A stretch of DNA of 64,000 nt, taken from the NCBI GenBank assembly GCA_002311835.1, contig DBZY01000014.1, positions 54,258 through 118,257 of the forward strand. The letters are read 5' to 3'. A program made the translations under genes and the position numbers. Below the pieces are notes generated by a model that saw nothing but the letters and a program-made list of their open reading frames with translations, was not told the DNA's origin and did no database searches. Every line of letters begins with the position of its first letter. The stretch's first letter is position 1. The stretch comes from Proteobacteria bacterium UBA1148 (lineage in GTDB: Bacteria; Pseudomonadota; Gammaproteobacteria; Steroidobacterales; Rariloculaceae). Below, in pieces: positions 26,488-36,391 of the stretch.

Positions 26488-27258
26488 TTAAGCAAGTCGA
26501 ATCGTATGACCACCGTCAACTGATAGGACAACGCCAGTCATATAGCTTGATGCATCACTAGCCAAAAGAAGTAATGGGCCGGTCAGTTCATGAAGTTCAC
26601 CGGTACGTCTTGGTGGGAATCGCTCCACGTATTTTTGACCTTGTTCACTAGAGAGGAATGCCTTATTCATCTCCGTGGGGAAGTACCCAGGACAGAGCAC
26701 GTTTACTCGAATATCGTGCCTCCAGAGTTCAGTTGCCATGGTTTTTGTCAGATGGATGACAGCAGCCTTAGAGGTTGCGTATGCGGCCCAGCCTGGGGCA
26801 GCCCCGATGCCTGCAACAGAGGCAATATTCACGATGACGCCCGGATGCCTCGCTTCAATCAGTCGACGAGTTGCTTCCCGGGATACCCATCGCAAACCAT
26901 TCACATTGACTTCAAATACTTTGTCCCAGTCCGAATCCTCTACTTCAAGGAATTTCCCGGTTTCAGCAATACCGGCACAGTTGACAACGATGTCAATTAG
27001 CCCGATCGATTCAACGGTTTTTTCGAATAAGGAGTTAATGCTTTCCTGATTAGTTACATCGAGCTGAGATGCGATAGCAGAACCATTCATAGTATTAATT
27101 TCTGTGACGAGTTCATTCAGGTGGTTGATGCGCCTGGCACTGGCTACGACATGTGCGCCAGCTTCCGCGAGAACTTTGGCGAAATGTCTTCCCAAGCCGC
27201 TTGATGCGCCTGTTACAAGGGCTACTTTTCCAGTTAGAGAGAAAAGTTCCTGGATCAT
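26488..27258 (-). CDS. SDR family oxidoreductase
   Basis: ALVTGASSGLGRH, NCAG, YATSKAAVIHL. Confidence 0.9.
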   Translation of the reverse strand: MIQELFSLTGKVALVTGASSGLGRHFAKVLAEAGAHVVASARRINHLNELVTEINTMNGSAIASQLDVTNQESINSLFEKTVESIGLIDIVVNCAGIAETGKFLEVEDSDWDKVFEVNVNGLRWVSREATRRLIEARHPGVIVNIASVAGIGAAPGWAAYATSKAAVIHLTKTMATELWRHDIRVNVLCPGYFPTEMNKAFLSSEQGQKYVERFPPRRTGELHELTGPLLLLASDASSYMTGVVLSVDGGHTIRLA

Positions 27259-27513
27259 TGAAGGTTAATCCTTATAGGTAGGCATGAAGGCTGATCGATT
27301 TATGCAAACACATGACATGCGCAGATTCGCTCGTCTTTTTTTGACTCAGCATTGTAACCTCCGTCGAAAAGGTGTGGGGGTTTTTAAGGTGCCTATAAAG
27401 ATCTGGTCATCGGGGGGAGAAGTCCTGGACTCCAGAAGCCTTAGGTATGATCATGAGGTCATGGACATCAAATCTTTAGGGCTCTAAAAGAATTCATGGG
27501 GGGAGGAACCACG

Positions 27514-29034
27514 ATGCTCCAATTAGATCGAGGTATTGAGCCTGTATTGAGACTTTCTAGTCTTTTATCTATCTTGCTACTGGTTGGCTGCAGCTCTCAA
27601 CAGGAAGGCATATCCGACACTTCGACTGTGGGGGCAAACAATGCTGAAGCGCAGAACATGCGCTTGGTGGGGTATCACGATCTCCAGACTCGCTCGGCGT
27701 ACCAGCCAGTGGTGCACGTTTATGGAAACCGACGCATTTTATTCGTTGGACTACATGCTGGTGAGGCCTTCAATCCTGAGACGGGGCTGACAGAGGTCAA
27801 TGGTCTGTCAATTCTGGATGTGACTAATCCCAATTTACCAACGCTGCTAAAACATCTCCCCCCTACAGGTCTTGAAGCAAGTGGTAGCCAACACGTCCAG
27901 ATTTGTGATGGGGATGTTTTGCCGGAAGGGGATCCTGATCGGGTGTATATGGTTCGCACCAACGGCCTGGTCGCATACGAGATGTTTGACGTAACAAATC
28001 CCGCAGAGCCCAAGTTTATGTCTACCATCGGAGTCACTGGTTTTTCATCCCGACCTGAATCCAGTAGAGGTATCCGCGAGACCCACAAGATTCAATGGGA
28101 CTGTGAGACTGGTATTGGTTACTTCAATGGGACTCCTGAAGGCTGGCGAGTTACACGTGTTCTACAAGCGTTTGATCTGAGTAACCCAGAGGAGACCCGA
28201 CACATCCGTGACTTTGGACTCGTGGGGTGGGAGCCAACGGCTGAGGGGCCGCTTCCAGCCTATTCTGTATCCGGGTTGCACCAACCGTTTATTTTGGGCA
28301 ACCGTATGTATATTGGTTACGGAAGTGGTAACAGCGGAATCCTCCAGATCTTAGATAGAGAGAAATTCCTTAACGGTGATCCCGATGTAGAAGATCCATT
28401 TGAACCGACACCTGAAAATCTTCTCTACCCACAGATTTCTCGTTTAGACATGCCAAGCTATTGGGGTGTACACACTGCGAAACCGATGCTTGGTGTGGAA
28501 GTTCCGGACTACAGAGGCGATGTGGGGCACAGCGTTCGGGATTTCTTGATTGTTCCTTCCGAGGCTGGAGGAAGCGCGGTTTATTGCAGAGGGGTGCGTG
28601 ATGTTGTGTTTTTCATTGACATTACTGAAGAGAGCAATCCCTACCCTGTTTCGACATTTCAGGTGTCAGACGAACCTGGAGATTACTGTGGTCGCGGTGG
28701 TCGCTTCGGCCCGCATTCAGTCCACGATGCCTACCATCCGGCTTTTGATCATACTTTGGCACTTTTTTCATATTTTAATGCAGGAGTTCGTGTCGTGGAT
28801 GTCAGGAATCCTTTCCAGCCTGTTGAGGTTGGCTACTATGTTCCTGAGACTACAGAGGACACCATTGAGCTATGTGCAGAGGTTAATAGTATAGAGAGAT
28901 GCGATGCCGCTATTCAGACGAATAACGTTAACATCGACGATCGAGGTTTCGTCTATATTGTGGACCGTTCTCATACGGGGCTGCATATTTTGGAATTAAC
29001 GGGCGAAGCTAAGGAGCTCATTGAACTACAGTGA
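27514..29034 (+). CDS. Lipoprotein, LVIVD-repeat-like beta-propeller
   Basis: ATG at 27514 follows GGAGGA. Lipobox LLLVGC. Repeated segments such as GVRVVDVRNPFQPVEVGYY and FVYIVDRSHTGLHILEL resemble LVIVD repeats (family recalled, not searched). Confidence 0.55.
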   Translation: MLQLDRGIEPVLRLSSLLSILLLVGCSSQQEGISDTSTVGANNAEAQNMRLVGYHDLQTRSAYQPVVHVYGNRRILFVGLHAGEAFNPETGLTEVNGLSILDVTNPNLPTLLKHLPPTGLEASGSQHVQICDGDVLPEGDPDRVYMVRTNGLVAYEMFDVTNPAEPKFMSTIGVTGFSSRPESSRGIRETHKIQWDCETGIGYFNGTPEGWRVTRVLQAFDLSNPEETRHIRDFGLVGWEPTAEGPLPAYSVSGLHQPFILGNRMYIGYGSGNSGILQILDREKFLNGDPDVEDPFEPTPENLLYPQISRLDMPSYWGVHTAKPMLGVEVPDYRGDVGHSVRDFLIVPSEAGGSAVYCRGVRDVVFFIDITEESNPYPVSTFQVSDEPGDYCGRGGRFGPHSVHDAYHPAFDHTLALFSYFNAGVRVVDVRNPFQPVEVGYYVPETTEDTIELCAEVNSIERCDAAIQTNNVNIDDRGFVYIVDRSHTGLHILELTGEAKELIELQ

Positions 29035-29167
29035 TTAATCAGCGCGAAACATGAATCGTTAGGACGCAGCGGAAAGTGGGAGTTGGAGCCACGCGTTGTT
29101 CAGAACTCGCAAAGGAGAAAGTTGCTTCATAAGCTTTCGTTCGGGAACCCATTAGACGGCATGTCAT

Positions 29168-30238
29168 TTGTATAAAATTTTCCTAGTTCTTAGCGCTACT
29201 GTTTTGCAGGTTCTGTTACCGTTAAGGGCGTCAGCCGAGCTTTACACATTGCGGGTAGGCTCCGGTCACCCCGCTGGCCCTACCGCCTATGTTACGGTCT
29301 TGCGTGATTATCTAGTTCCTGAGCTAAGGCGACGGGTTGCGGAAGAGACTGAGCATGAGCTGAGGATTATTGAGGGGTATGCTGGTTCTATTGCCTCAGT
29401 AGCGGAGACGCTTGAGGCGGTGCAAATTGGAATTCTAGACATCGGTGGATTCTGTACATGTTTCGAGCCAGCCAAGCTTTTTATCCATAATTTTCAGTAC
29501 TTTGCACCATTTGGGCCTCAGGATGCTCAGGTTGGTATTCGGATTGCACGTCAGGTCTATGACACCCATCCGTGGCTCATGGAACACTTGGAAGAGAACT
29601 ATCGACAAACAGTCATTGCTATCAATGGGTGGGATAATTATCACCTTGGTTCAAGTGTATCCTGGGAAACCATGGATGATCTGAGAGGCGTGAAGATTGC
29701 GGGTGCAGGGCCTAATCTGCCGTGGCTTGAGTCTGCAGGAGTCATTCCCGTTCAGTCTACGTTGCCGGATGGTTATATGGCACTGCAGACAGGAGTCTAT
29801 TCAGGTTGGCTGATGTTTCCATCCGCCTACTTTTCATACAAGTTTCACGAGCCTGCTCCGTACTACACACTTATTGGTTTTGGTGCAATGGGTGGCGCGA
29901 TTCTAGTAACCATGAATACGCGTTCTCTGGATCGATTGCCATCTGACGTACGGCAGATCGTTCTGGAGGTCGGGCGCTCCTACGAGGTTGAGGCGGGGCG
30001 AGTTTTAGATGAACGGCAGGTTTTGGGGCTTGAGAATCTTAGAAACTCGGGGGCAGTGGTTCGAGATTTGCCTGATGTGGTCCGTGCGGATTGGGCTCGA
30101 TCCTTGATCGATTTTCCCAACGAAATGGCTAAGGAAGCCGACTCACGAGGCATGCCTGGATCCGAAGTGCTTCGCACGTATATCGAGGCTGTTGCTCAAA
30201 GTGGCTATGATTGGCCGGTTCCGTACATCATTAATTAA
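29168..30238 (+). CDS. TRAP transporter substrate-binding protein (DctP family)
   Basis: TTG is the only start after the in-frame stop at 29153. Signal peptide. DctP-like size, located in an operon with DctQ and DctM. Confidence 0.8.
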   Translation: MYKIFLVLSATVLQVLLPLRASAELYTLRVGSGHPAGPTAYVTVLRDYLVPELRRRVAEETEHELRIIEGYAGSIASVAETLEAVQIGILDIGGFCTCFEPAKLFIHNFQYFAPFGPQDAQVGIRIARQVYDTHPWLMEHLEENYRQTVIAINGWDNYHLGSSVSWETMDDLRGVKIAGAGPNLPWLESAGVIPVQSTLPDGYMALQTGVYSGWLMFPSAYFSYKFHEPAPYYTLIGFGAMGGAILVTMNTRSLDRLPSDVRQIVLEVGRSYEVEAGRVLDERQVLGLENLRNSGAVVRDLPDVVRADWARSLIDFPNEMAKEADSRGMPGSEVLRTYIEAVAQSGYDWPVPYIIN

Positions 30239-30275
30239 TTAGGTCCGTAACGGGTCGAAAGAAAGAGGGCTGACA

Positions 30276-31268
30276 GTGATCAGAGCTGCAATGGTAGGGC
30301 TTGGCTGGTGGGGTCGACACATGGTCAACTCAGTTGAAAACAGCGAGAAGATAGAGATTGTGCGGCTAACTGCACGCCGGCCCGATCGTCATAAGGATTT
30401 TGCGGAGGAGAAAGGGATTCCGCTTGTGGGTGATTATGCTGGTGTGCTTAAGGACCCGGATGTTGATGGAGTGATCCTTTGTACACCGCATTCTCAGCAC
30501 GAGGATCAGGTGCTTGCAGCTGTAGAGCATGGGAAACAGATTTTCTGCGAGAAGCCGTTATCCCTCACAAAGAATAGTATCGAGCGGATGTTGACCGCAA
30601 CGAACGAAGCGGGACTAGTCATGGGGGTTGGGCACGAGCGTCGCTTCGAGTCAACAATGGAGGCTATAGCAGAGATAGTAGCGTCTGGAGCGCTTGGTAC
30701 GCAGATGCACGTTGAAGCTAATTTCTCTCATAGCATCTTTGCTTCCATCGAGGCTGATGGTTGGCGTGGTTCCCAGAAGGAGGCACCGGCGGCGGGTATG
30801 ACGGGCATGGGCGTTCACCTAACTGACCTTTTTATCTCAATGCTAGGCCCTATTGAGGCAGTTGTTGCACAAACCGCGCGGCGTATTTTACCCTTACCTA
30901 CTGGAGACGTTGTGACCGTACAAATACGATTCGAGAGCGGCGCCACCGGGTTTGTAGGCGCGATTTCGGCGACACCTTATTATGGGCGTTTTACCGTGTT
31001 TGGTAACGAGATGTGGGTTGAGGCAAGGGATGACGCTCATCCTCAGGAGGGAGGTAAGACCCATCTCATTACATGTGGAAAGGATGGAGTCCAACACAGC
31101 CAGACCTTCAAGCCTAAAGATCCGGTCAGAGCAAATCTAGAAGAATGGGCAGATGCAGTGGGGGACAGGTGTGAGTACCGATTTACAGATATGCAACGAG
31201 TTGGCAATGTTGCTTTACTTGAAGCTATTGCAAAATCCGCCGAATCGGGCGGATGGGTTGATGTTTGA
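30276..31268 (+). CDS. Gfo/Idh/MocA family oxidoreductase
   Basis: GTG start after AAGAGGG. MVGLGWWG Rossmann motif and EKPL motif. It sits between the TRAP dctP and dctQ genes. Confidence 0.85.
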   Translation: MIRAAMVGLGWWGRHMVNSVENSEKIEIVRLTARRPDRHKDFAEEKGIPLVGDYAGVLKDPDVDGVILCTPHSQHEDQVLAAVEHGKQIFCEKPLSLTKNSIERMLTATNEAGLVMGVGHERRFESTMEAIAEIVASGALGTQMHVEANFSHSIFASIEADGWRGSQKEAPAAGMTGMGVHLTDLFISMLGPIEAVVAQTARRILPLPTGDVVTVQIRFESGATGFVGAISATPYYGRFTVFGNEMWVEARDDAHPQEGGKTHLITCGKDGVQHSQTFKPKDPVRANLEEWADAVGDRCEYRFTDMQRVGNVALLEAIAKSAESGGWVDV

Positions 31269-31271
31269 ACG

Positions 31272-31772
31272 ATGATCAGTCGTATTGCGCAAACGACACA
31301 TGTGATTTCAGCCTTTTGGGTGCTAGTACTTGCGGGAATTATTTTTGTGGACGTGCTGGGACGTTATTTATTTAGCCAGCCATTACTTGGTGCGACTGAA
31401 ATAATTAAAAACTCGGTTGTATCTATAACTTTTCTGCAGTTACCACTTGCAATCTATAGAGGTGGAATGATCAAAAGCACAATCATTTATGACTCTGTGG
31501 GAGGTAAGGGGCAACGTATTTTACGGACTTTTGCTAATGTTCTTGGCCTCCTATTTTTTCTGGGTACTGCGTTCAGCGCCTGGGGTCCTGCGTTAGAGGC
31601 ATTGAGTGTGAGTGAATATGAGGGTGAGGGAGCGCTGAGAGTACCTACTTACCCAGTAAGGTTTCTGGTAGTGGCTACATCTATTTTTGCAGCCTATGCT
31701 TATATCCACCTAATGTTTTTGGACTGGATGGAGTATATCGATTCTGATCGACAGGAAACTGTCCGCGCTTAG
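31272..31772 (+). CDS. TRAP transporter small permease (DctQ)
   Basis: 166 aa, four TM segments, located between the binding-protein/oxidoreductase genes and the large permease. Confidence 0.8.
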   Translation: MISRIAQTTHVISAFWVLVLAGIIFVDVLGRYLFSQPLLGATEIIKNSVVSITFLQLPLAIYRGGMIKSTIIYDSVGGKGQRILRTFANVLGLLFFLGTAFSAWGPALEALSVSEYEGEGALRVPTYPVRFLVVATSIFAAYAYIHLMFLDWMEYIDSDRQETVRA

Positions 31773-31807
31773 CGTACCCAAGTGGTTTAAATAGAGGATC
31801 TATCTTC

Positions 31808-33127
31808 ATGTTGGGTCCAGAGGTTATCTTTTACTCGCTGGCGATACTGTTCGTCCTAGTTCTGGTTGGCGTGCAGATTGGTATCGCTTTGGGGGTTGCC
31901 AGCGTTATTGGTGTTTATCTAGCTTATGGTGATATCAATATCGCTCTTTCTATACTGGGTTCCACAGCGTACGACGCGATTCGCAGTCATACGCTTGCTG
32001 TAATTCCGCTTTTTATGCTCATGGGTGAGATCATCAGCCGATCCGGTGCAGCTACTGATCTCTACGTTATGTGTAATAGAGCATTGAGAAGATTACCCGG
32101 GCGCCTCGCGGTTGCTACCGTCATTGGTAATGCAGCCTTTGCCGCGGTATCGGGCGTAGCTATTGCATCGGCTGCTACATTCAGCCGAATTGCGTATCCA
32201 GAGATGCGCCGACTCGGTTACAGCAAATCTTATGCTCTTGGCGTGATCGCCGGTAGCGGTTCTCTGGGAATGCTAATCCCGCCAAGTGTTTTATTAATCG
32301 TTTGGGCAATCCTTACTGAAGGATCGGTTGGCTCACTTTTTCTCGCTGGTGTCGTGCCAGGCCTTCTACTAGGTCTTACATTTATAATTTATTGTATTGT
32401 TATCGCGATTCGTGATCCTTCTATAGCCCCAATGGCCGATAGCGCTCACGATTATCACAGTGGGAGAAAGTCTCGTGCTGAGTTCACCAGCGGAATGGGT
32501 ATTGTTGCACTCATTATCTTGGTTTTAGGCGGTATCTGGTCTGGCATCTTCACGCCAACAGAGGCAGCTGGCTTTGGTGTCCTAGGTAGCATCATTCTGG
32601 GCTATACGAAGGGAATGCGTGGCAAGGAGTTCATGGAGTCAATTTATAACGCAGGTCGTTCCACAGCACCAATTATGTTTTTGTTAATTGCAGGATCCAT
32701 GTATTCGCGACTTCTTGCTGTTAGTGGCGGAATAAATCTCGTTCAGGATCTTGTTGTTGGGACTGGGCTGAGTCCGTTCGGATTAATAATGATTATGACA
32801 GTTGTTTGGCTGCTTCTAGGAGCATTGATTGACTCAATCTCTGATATTCTCTTGACCATACCTATTTTTGTCCCCATCGCGCTTGCGGCGGGGTTTGATC
32901 CAGTCGCATTTGCAATCTATGGGATCATTGTCATAGAAGCGGGATTGTTGACCCCGCCCATGGGATTGTTAATTTTCACTGTAAAGTCTGCGGTTCCGGA
33001 TCCTTCGGTAACCCTTGGGGAGATATTTAAGGGCTCTATACCTTTCTGGATTCTTATGTTGGTGGTTGCCATGCTCATCTTATTATTTCCAAAGCTTGCG
33101 ACCTGGCTGCCCAGTTTAATGCTTTGA
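31808..33127 (+). CDS. TRAP transporter large permease (DctM)
   Basis: 439-aa polytopic protein with a typical DctM pattern (IPLFMLMGEII, GSLGMLIPPS, IEAGLLTPPMGL). Confidence 0.9.
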   Translation: MLGPEVIFYSLAILFVLVLVGVQIGIALGVASVIGVYLAYGDINIALSILGSTAYDAIRSHTLAVIPLFMLMGEIISRSGAATDLYVMCNRALRRLPGRLAVATVIGNAAFAAVSGVAIASAATFSRIAYPEMRRLGYSKSYALGVIAGSGSLGMLIPPSVLLIVWAILTEGSVGSLFLAGVVPGLLLGLTFIIYCIVIAIRDPSIAPMADSAHDYHSGRKSRAEFTSGMGIVALIILVLGGIWSGIFTPTEAAGFGVLGSIILGYTKGMRGKEFMESIYNAGRSTAPIMFLLIAGSMYSRLLAVSGGINLVQDLVVGTGLSPFGLIMIMTVVWLLLGALIDSISDILLTIPIFVPIALAAGFDPVAFAIYGIIVIEAGLLTPPMGLLIFTVKSAVPDPSVTLGEIFKGSIPFWILMLVVAMLILLFPKLATWLPSLML

Positions 33128-33252
33128 GGGAGAGCGTTATATGCAACGTCTGGTTACAGAGTAGCTGAACTCGTACAATACTAGGATGAGTTGTAGTAGC
33201 GGCTCGGAAGCTGCTCAGCAGGATAACTAGAGAGAGCAATGAGAACATCACT

Positions 33253-34314
33253 ATGAAGCAAATTAATGTTGGAATAATTGGGACCGGATGGTGTGGGGGT
33301 ATTCGAGCCAACACCTGTGCGGCGAGCACTCTCGTTGACGAACTGCATATAGCAGAGATTAACGAAGATCGATTAAAAGAAATTATATCGGAAACGAAAC
33401 CCACATCGGCATCCACGGATTACAAAGATATCATCACCAATGATAGGCTTGATACGATTATCATTTCGGCGACTCCGGAGACAACTCATTACCCGATTGC
33501 TAAGGAAGCCTTGCTGGCTGGGAAACACGTATTTCTCGAAAAGCCTCTAGCTTTAACTTTAGAAGAAGCTGATGAGCTGATTCAGATTCAAAAGGAGAAT
33601 AACCTTAAGTTTGCCATTGGTTATTCTCAGCGCTTCAATCATAAGTTTGCTTATGCGAAGAAGAGCCTGATGGAGAAAACCATTGGTGATCCGGTTTGTG
33701 TTCTAGTAAGCCGACATCTCACCCGAAGTCTTGGCAAGAAGATCAGTGGCCGAACCAACCTTTCTCTTGCAGCCATGGAGGCTACGCACGATCTAGATTT
33801 TGTGCTTTGGCTTATGGAGCCAGCCCAGCCTGTACGAGTGTATTCCCAATCCGTTTACGGTGCGATGAAAGCTAGTACAGGTTCTGAAGATGCGCAGTGG
33901 ATCATGGTCACAATGGACAATGGAGTTATCTTAACCATTGGCGCCGGTTGGACTATGCCTCCTGGCTATCCGAATTACTCAAGCACATGGGTTGAGCTTA
34001 CAGGCACAGATGGGATGTTGGTAATCGACGATACACACCGTGATGTCATCTTCAATACGATGGAGAACGGTATCAGGCTTCCAATGTCATCAATGCCTGG
34101 CGAGCCGGTAGGCCATGTATTTGCTGGCCCAATGCACAATGAAACTGTTCACTGGATTGAGGCTGTTGCATTCGATCGCCCAGAGATGTGTTCTGCTGAG
34201 AAGGCGAAAAGGGTAATGGAGATCTATATGGCTGCTGATCTTTCTGTAGAGCGCAAAGAGGCGGTTACGTTACCACTCAGTGGCCTTGCTCTTTCGTCCG
34301 TAGCCGCTGCTTAA
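33253..34314 (+). CDS. Gfo/Idh/MocA family oxidoreductase
   Basis: VGIIGTGWCG Rossmann motif, EKPLALT motif, and a C-terminal alpha/beta domain. Confidence 0.85.
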   Translation: MKQINVGIIGTGWCGGIRANTCAASTLVDELHIAEINEDRLKEIISETKPTSASTDYKDIITNDRLDTIIISATPETTHYPIAKEALLAGKHVFLEKPLALTLEEADELIQIQKENNLKFAIGYSQRFNHKFAYAKKSLMEKTIGDPVCVLVSRHLTRSLGKKISGRTNLSLAAMEATHDLDFVLWLMEPAQPVRVYSQSVYGAMKASTGSEDAQWIMVTMDNGVILTIGAGWTMPPGYPNYSSTWVELTGTDGMLVIDDTHRDVIFNTMENGIRLPMSSMPGEPVGHVFAGPMHNETVHWIEAVAFDRPEMCSAEKAKRVMEIYMAADLSVERKEAVTLPLSGLALSSVAAA

Positions 34315-34345
34315 AGGGTTCCCGTACAGATTACGGGGGAGAGGC

Positions 34346-34879
34346 GTGATTCCGCGTCAGACTGATATACGGTTTGCGGGTATTGTATTTATACTCGCGG
34401 TACTCGCGCTGCTGTTCGGCAGCCAGCTTATTGTGGATCCTCCCATTCCTCTGACTAATGATCTTCTAGCGATGAGCCCGCGGGTCTTTCCATTTCTGAC
34501 ACTACTCGGCACGGTACTTATTACGCTAATTTTTCTCCTATGCGAAGCCCGATTAGGCGCTTTTAAAGCTATTGGCTCAATGGAAGATGGTGATCGAGCC
34601 TCTATAAATTTTTGGCGTCAAACTACTTTTCTAATCATTACTATTACATGCGCGCTGTTGCTCAATAGGCTTGGGTTTATTGCCACGATGTTTCTCTTGA
34701 TGGTGAGTACATCTGTGCTTGTTGGAAATAGGAGTCCGGTACAGATTCTATGCATTAGCACCCTTGTTCCGGTGAGCTTTTATATTTTTGTTACACATGT
34801 TCTGAGAACTGCTCTTCCCGAGGCTGATGTTGTTCAGAGAATGCTCATGCCGTTGATCCAACTCCTACCGTCTTTCTAG
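34346..34879 (+). CDS. Tripartite tricarboxylate transporter TctB family small membrane subunit
   Basis: 177 aa, four TM segments, immediately upstream of tctA. Confidence 0.7.
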   Translation: MIPRQTDIRFAGIVFILAVLALLFGSQLIVDPPIPLTNDLLAMSPRVFPFLTLLGTVLITLIFLLCEARLGAFKAIGSMEDGDRASINFWRQTTFLIITITCALLLNRLGFIATMFLLMVSTSVLVGNRSPVQILCISTLVPVSFYIFVTHVLRTALPEADVVQRMLMPLIQLLPSF

Positions 34880-34882
34880 CCG

Positions 34883-36391
34883 ATGATTGAAACCCTGTTA
34901 GCTGGCCTAGATGCGGCGCTCCGAATCGATACTTTCGTATGGATCAGTGGGGGTCTTCTCCTCGGAATGTTGATGGGATCACTTCCCGGGTTTACCACCA
35001 GCATGGGGATGTCGCTGCTAGTGCCCATTTCCTTTCTGGTTGGCGACCCACTAATAGGTATTCCGTTTTTGATTGGTGTGTACAAAGGTGGAATCTATGG
35101 TGGCAGTATTCCGGCAATTTTGATCTCGATGCCGGGAACAGGGGCTTCCATTGCAACGGTATTGGACGGCTATGAGTTGACTAAGAAAGGTCAGGCTCGA
35201 AAGGCGCTTGAAATGGGGCTCTATGCATCTGTGATCTCAGATCTATGTAGTGATATTTTTACCCTTGTAATGATTATTCCGGTTGCAGCAATTGTTCTTG
35301 GTTTTGGACCACCAGAAATTGCATCTATCATGTTTCTTAGCTTGGTAATTATTGCTGTAACCTCAACGGGCTCCGTAATTAAAGGGCTGCTCATGCTCTG
35401 CCTTGGCGTTTGGTTTGGGTTCGTTGGTGCTGATCCGTTCTCTGGCATGCCTCGCTATACGTTTGGCACGAATGAGCTCTACGATGGATTCCATCTGATC
35501 CCGATGCTAATAGGACTTTTCGCATTACCAGAGATATTCAATGCTGTTAAGGAAGGAGATATTAGCGGGTCGAGTGTGGGCCGATTTGTTGGTGAACGCC
35601 TCCGGTTTGATGAGCTAAAAAAAAGCTTGCGTACAATAGGTCGTTCGACAGTGATCGGTACTGGAATCGGGCTCATTCCGGGCCTCGGACAACCAATAGC
35701 GGCGATGATGGGTTACATTGCGGCTAAAAACGCCTCTAAGCACCCAGAAAATTTTGGCAAAGGTGAGCTTGATGGTGTTGCAGGGGCGGAAGCAGCCAAT
35801 AACGCTGTTAATGGGCCAACCATGGTTCCGCTTCTAACTCTCGGGATACCTGGCGATGCTGTTACTGCGTTGCTGCTTGGCGCTTTTATGATGCAAGGGC
35901 TGCGACCTGGACCAGCGTTGCTGGAGACAAACGGTGAGATTGTTTTTGCAATCTTGATCGCGATGGTCATTGCTAATTTCCTATTCTTGGTGCTCGGTTA
36001 TATAAGCATCCCTTTGTTTGCGCGCGTCGTTACAATCAAACGTTCTTTATTGATTCCCGTGACGATTATGCTTGCTTTTTCTGGTACTTATCTTGCTCGC
36101 AGTAATCCATTCGATATCGTGACCTTACTTGGATTTGGATTGGTGGGTATTGCCGCGAGATCGGCTAAGTTTGATGTTGCGCCCATGGTCATGGGATTCA
36201 TACTCGGGCGTGAGTTGGAATACACTTTTGGCCAGACACTAGCGTTGGCCGGTACTGACTGGGTGCACTTTGCTTTGACGGAGCGAATTGGTATGACGGT
36301 GGTTGTGTTAGCAACACCCATTGTCGGAGCGCTATTAGGGGTCCGCATGAGCAGATTCCGACAGAGAGCATTGAAGGGGGGGCAGGCATGA
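34883..36391 (+). CDS. Tripartite tricarboxylate transporter TctA family permease
   Basis: 502-aa polytopic protein. GSLPGFTTSMG, GIPGD and NNAVNGPTMVPLLTLGIPG are typical TctA motifs. Confidence 0.9.
   Translation: MIETLLAGLDAALRIDTFVWISGGLLLGMLMGSLPGFTTSMGMSLLVPISFLVGDPLIGIPFLIGVYKGGIYGGSIPAILISMPGTGASIATVLDGYELTKKGQARKALEMGLYASVISDLCSDIFTLVMIIPVAAIVLGFGPPEIASIMFLSLVIIAVTSTGSVIKGLLMLCLGVWFGFVGADPFSGMPRYTFGTNELYDGFHLIPMLIGLFALPEIFNAVKEGDISGSSVGRFVGERLRFDELKKSLRTIGRSTVIGTGIGLIPGLGQPIAAMMGYIAAKNASKHPENFGKGELDGVAGAEAANNAVNGPTMVPLLTLGIPGDAVTALLLGAFMMQGLRPGPALLETNGEIVFAILIAMVIANFLFLVLGYISIPLFARVVTIKRSLLIPVTIMLAFSGTYLARSNPFDIVTLLGFGLVGIAARSAKFDVAPMVMGFILGRELEYTFGQTLALAGTDWVHFALTERIGMTVVVLATPIVGALLGVRMSRFRQRALKGGQA

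Noticed and set aside
27284-27487. 67-aa plus-strand ORF upstream of the LVIVD-like lipoprotein gene
   Set aside because: Basic low-complexity sequence with no RBS, lying in the promoter or leader region of the next gene. Likely spurious.
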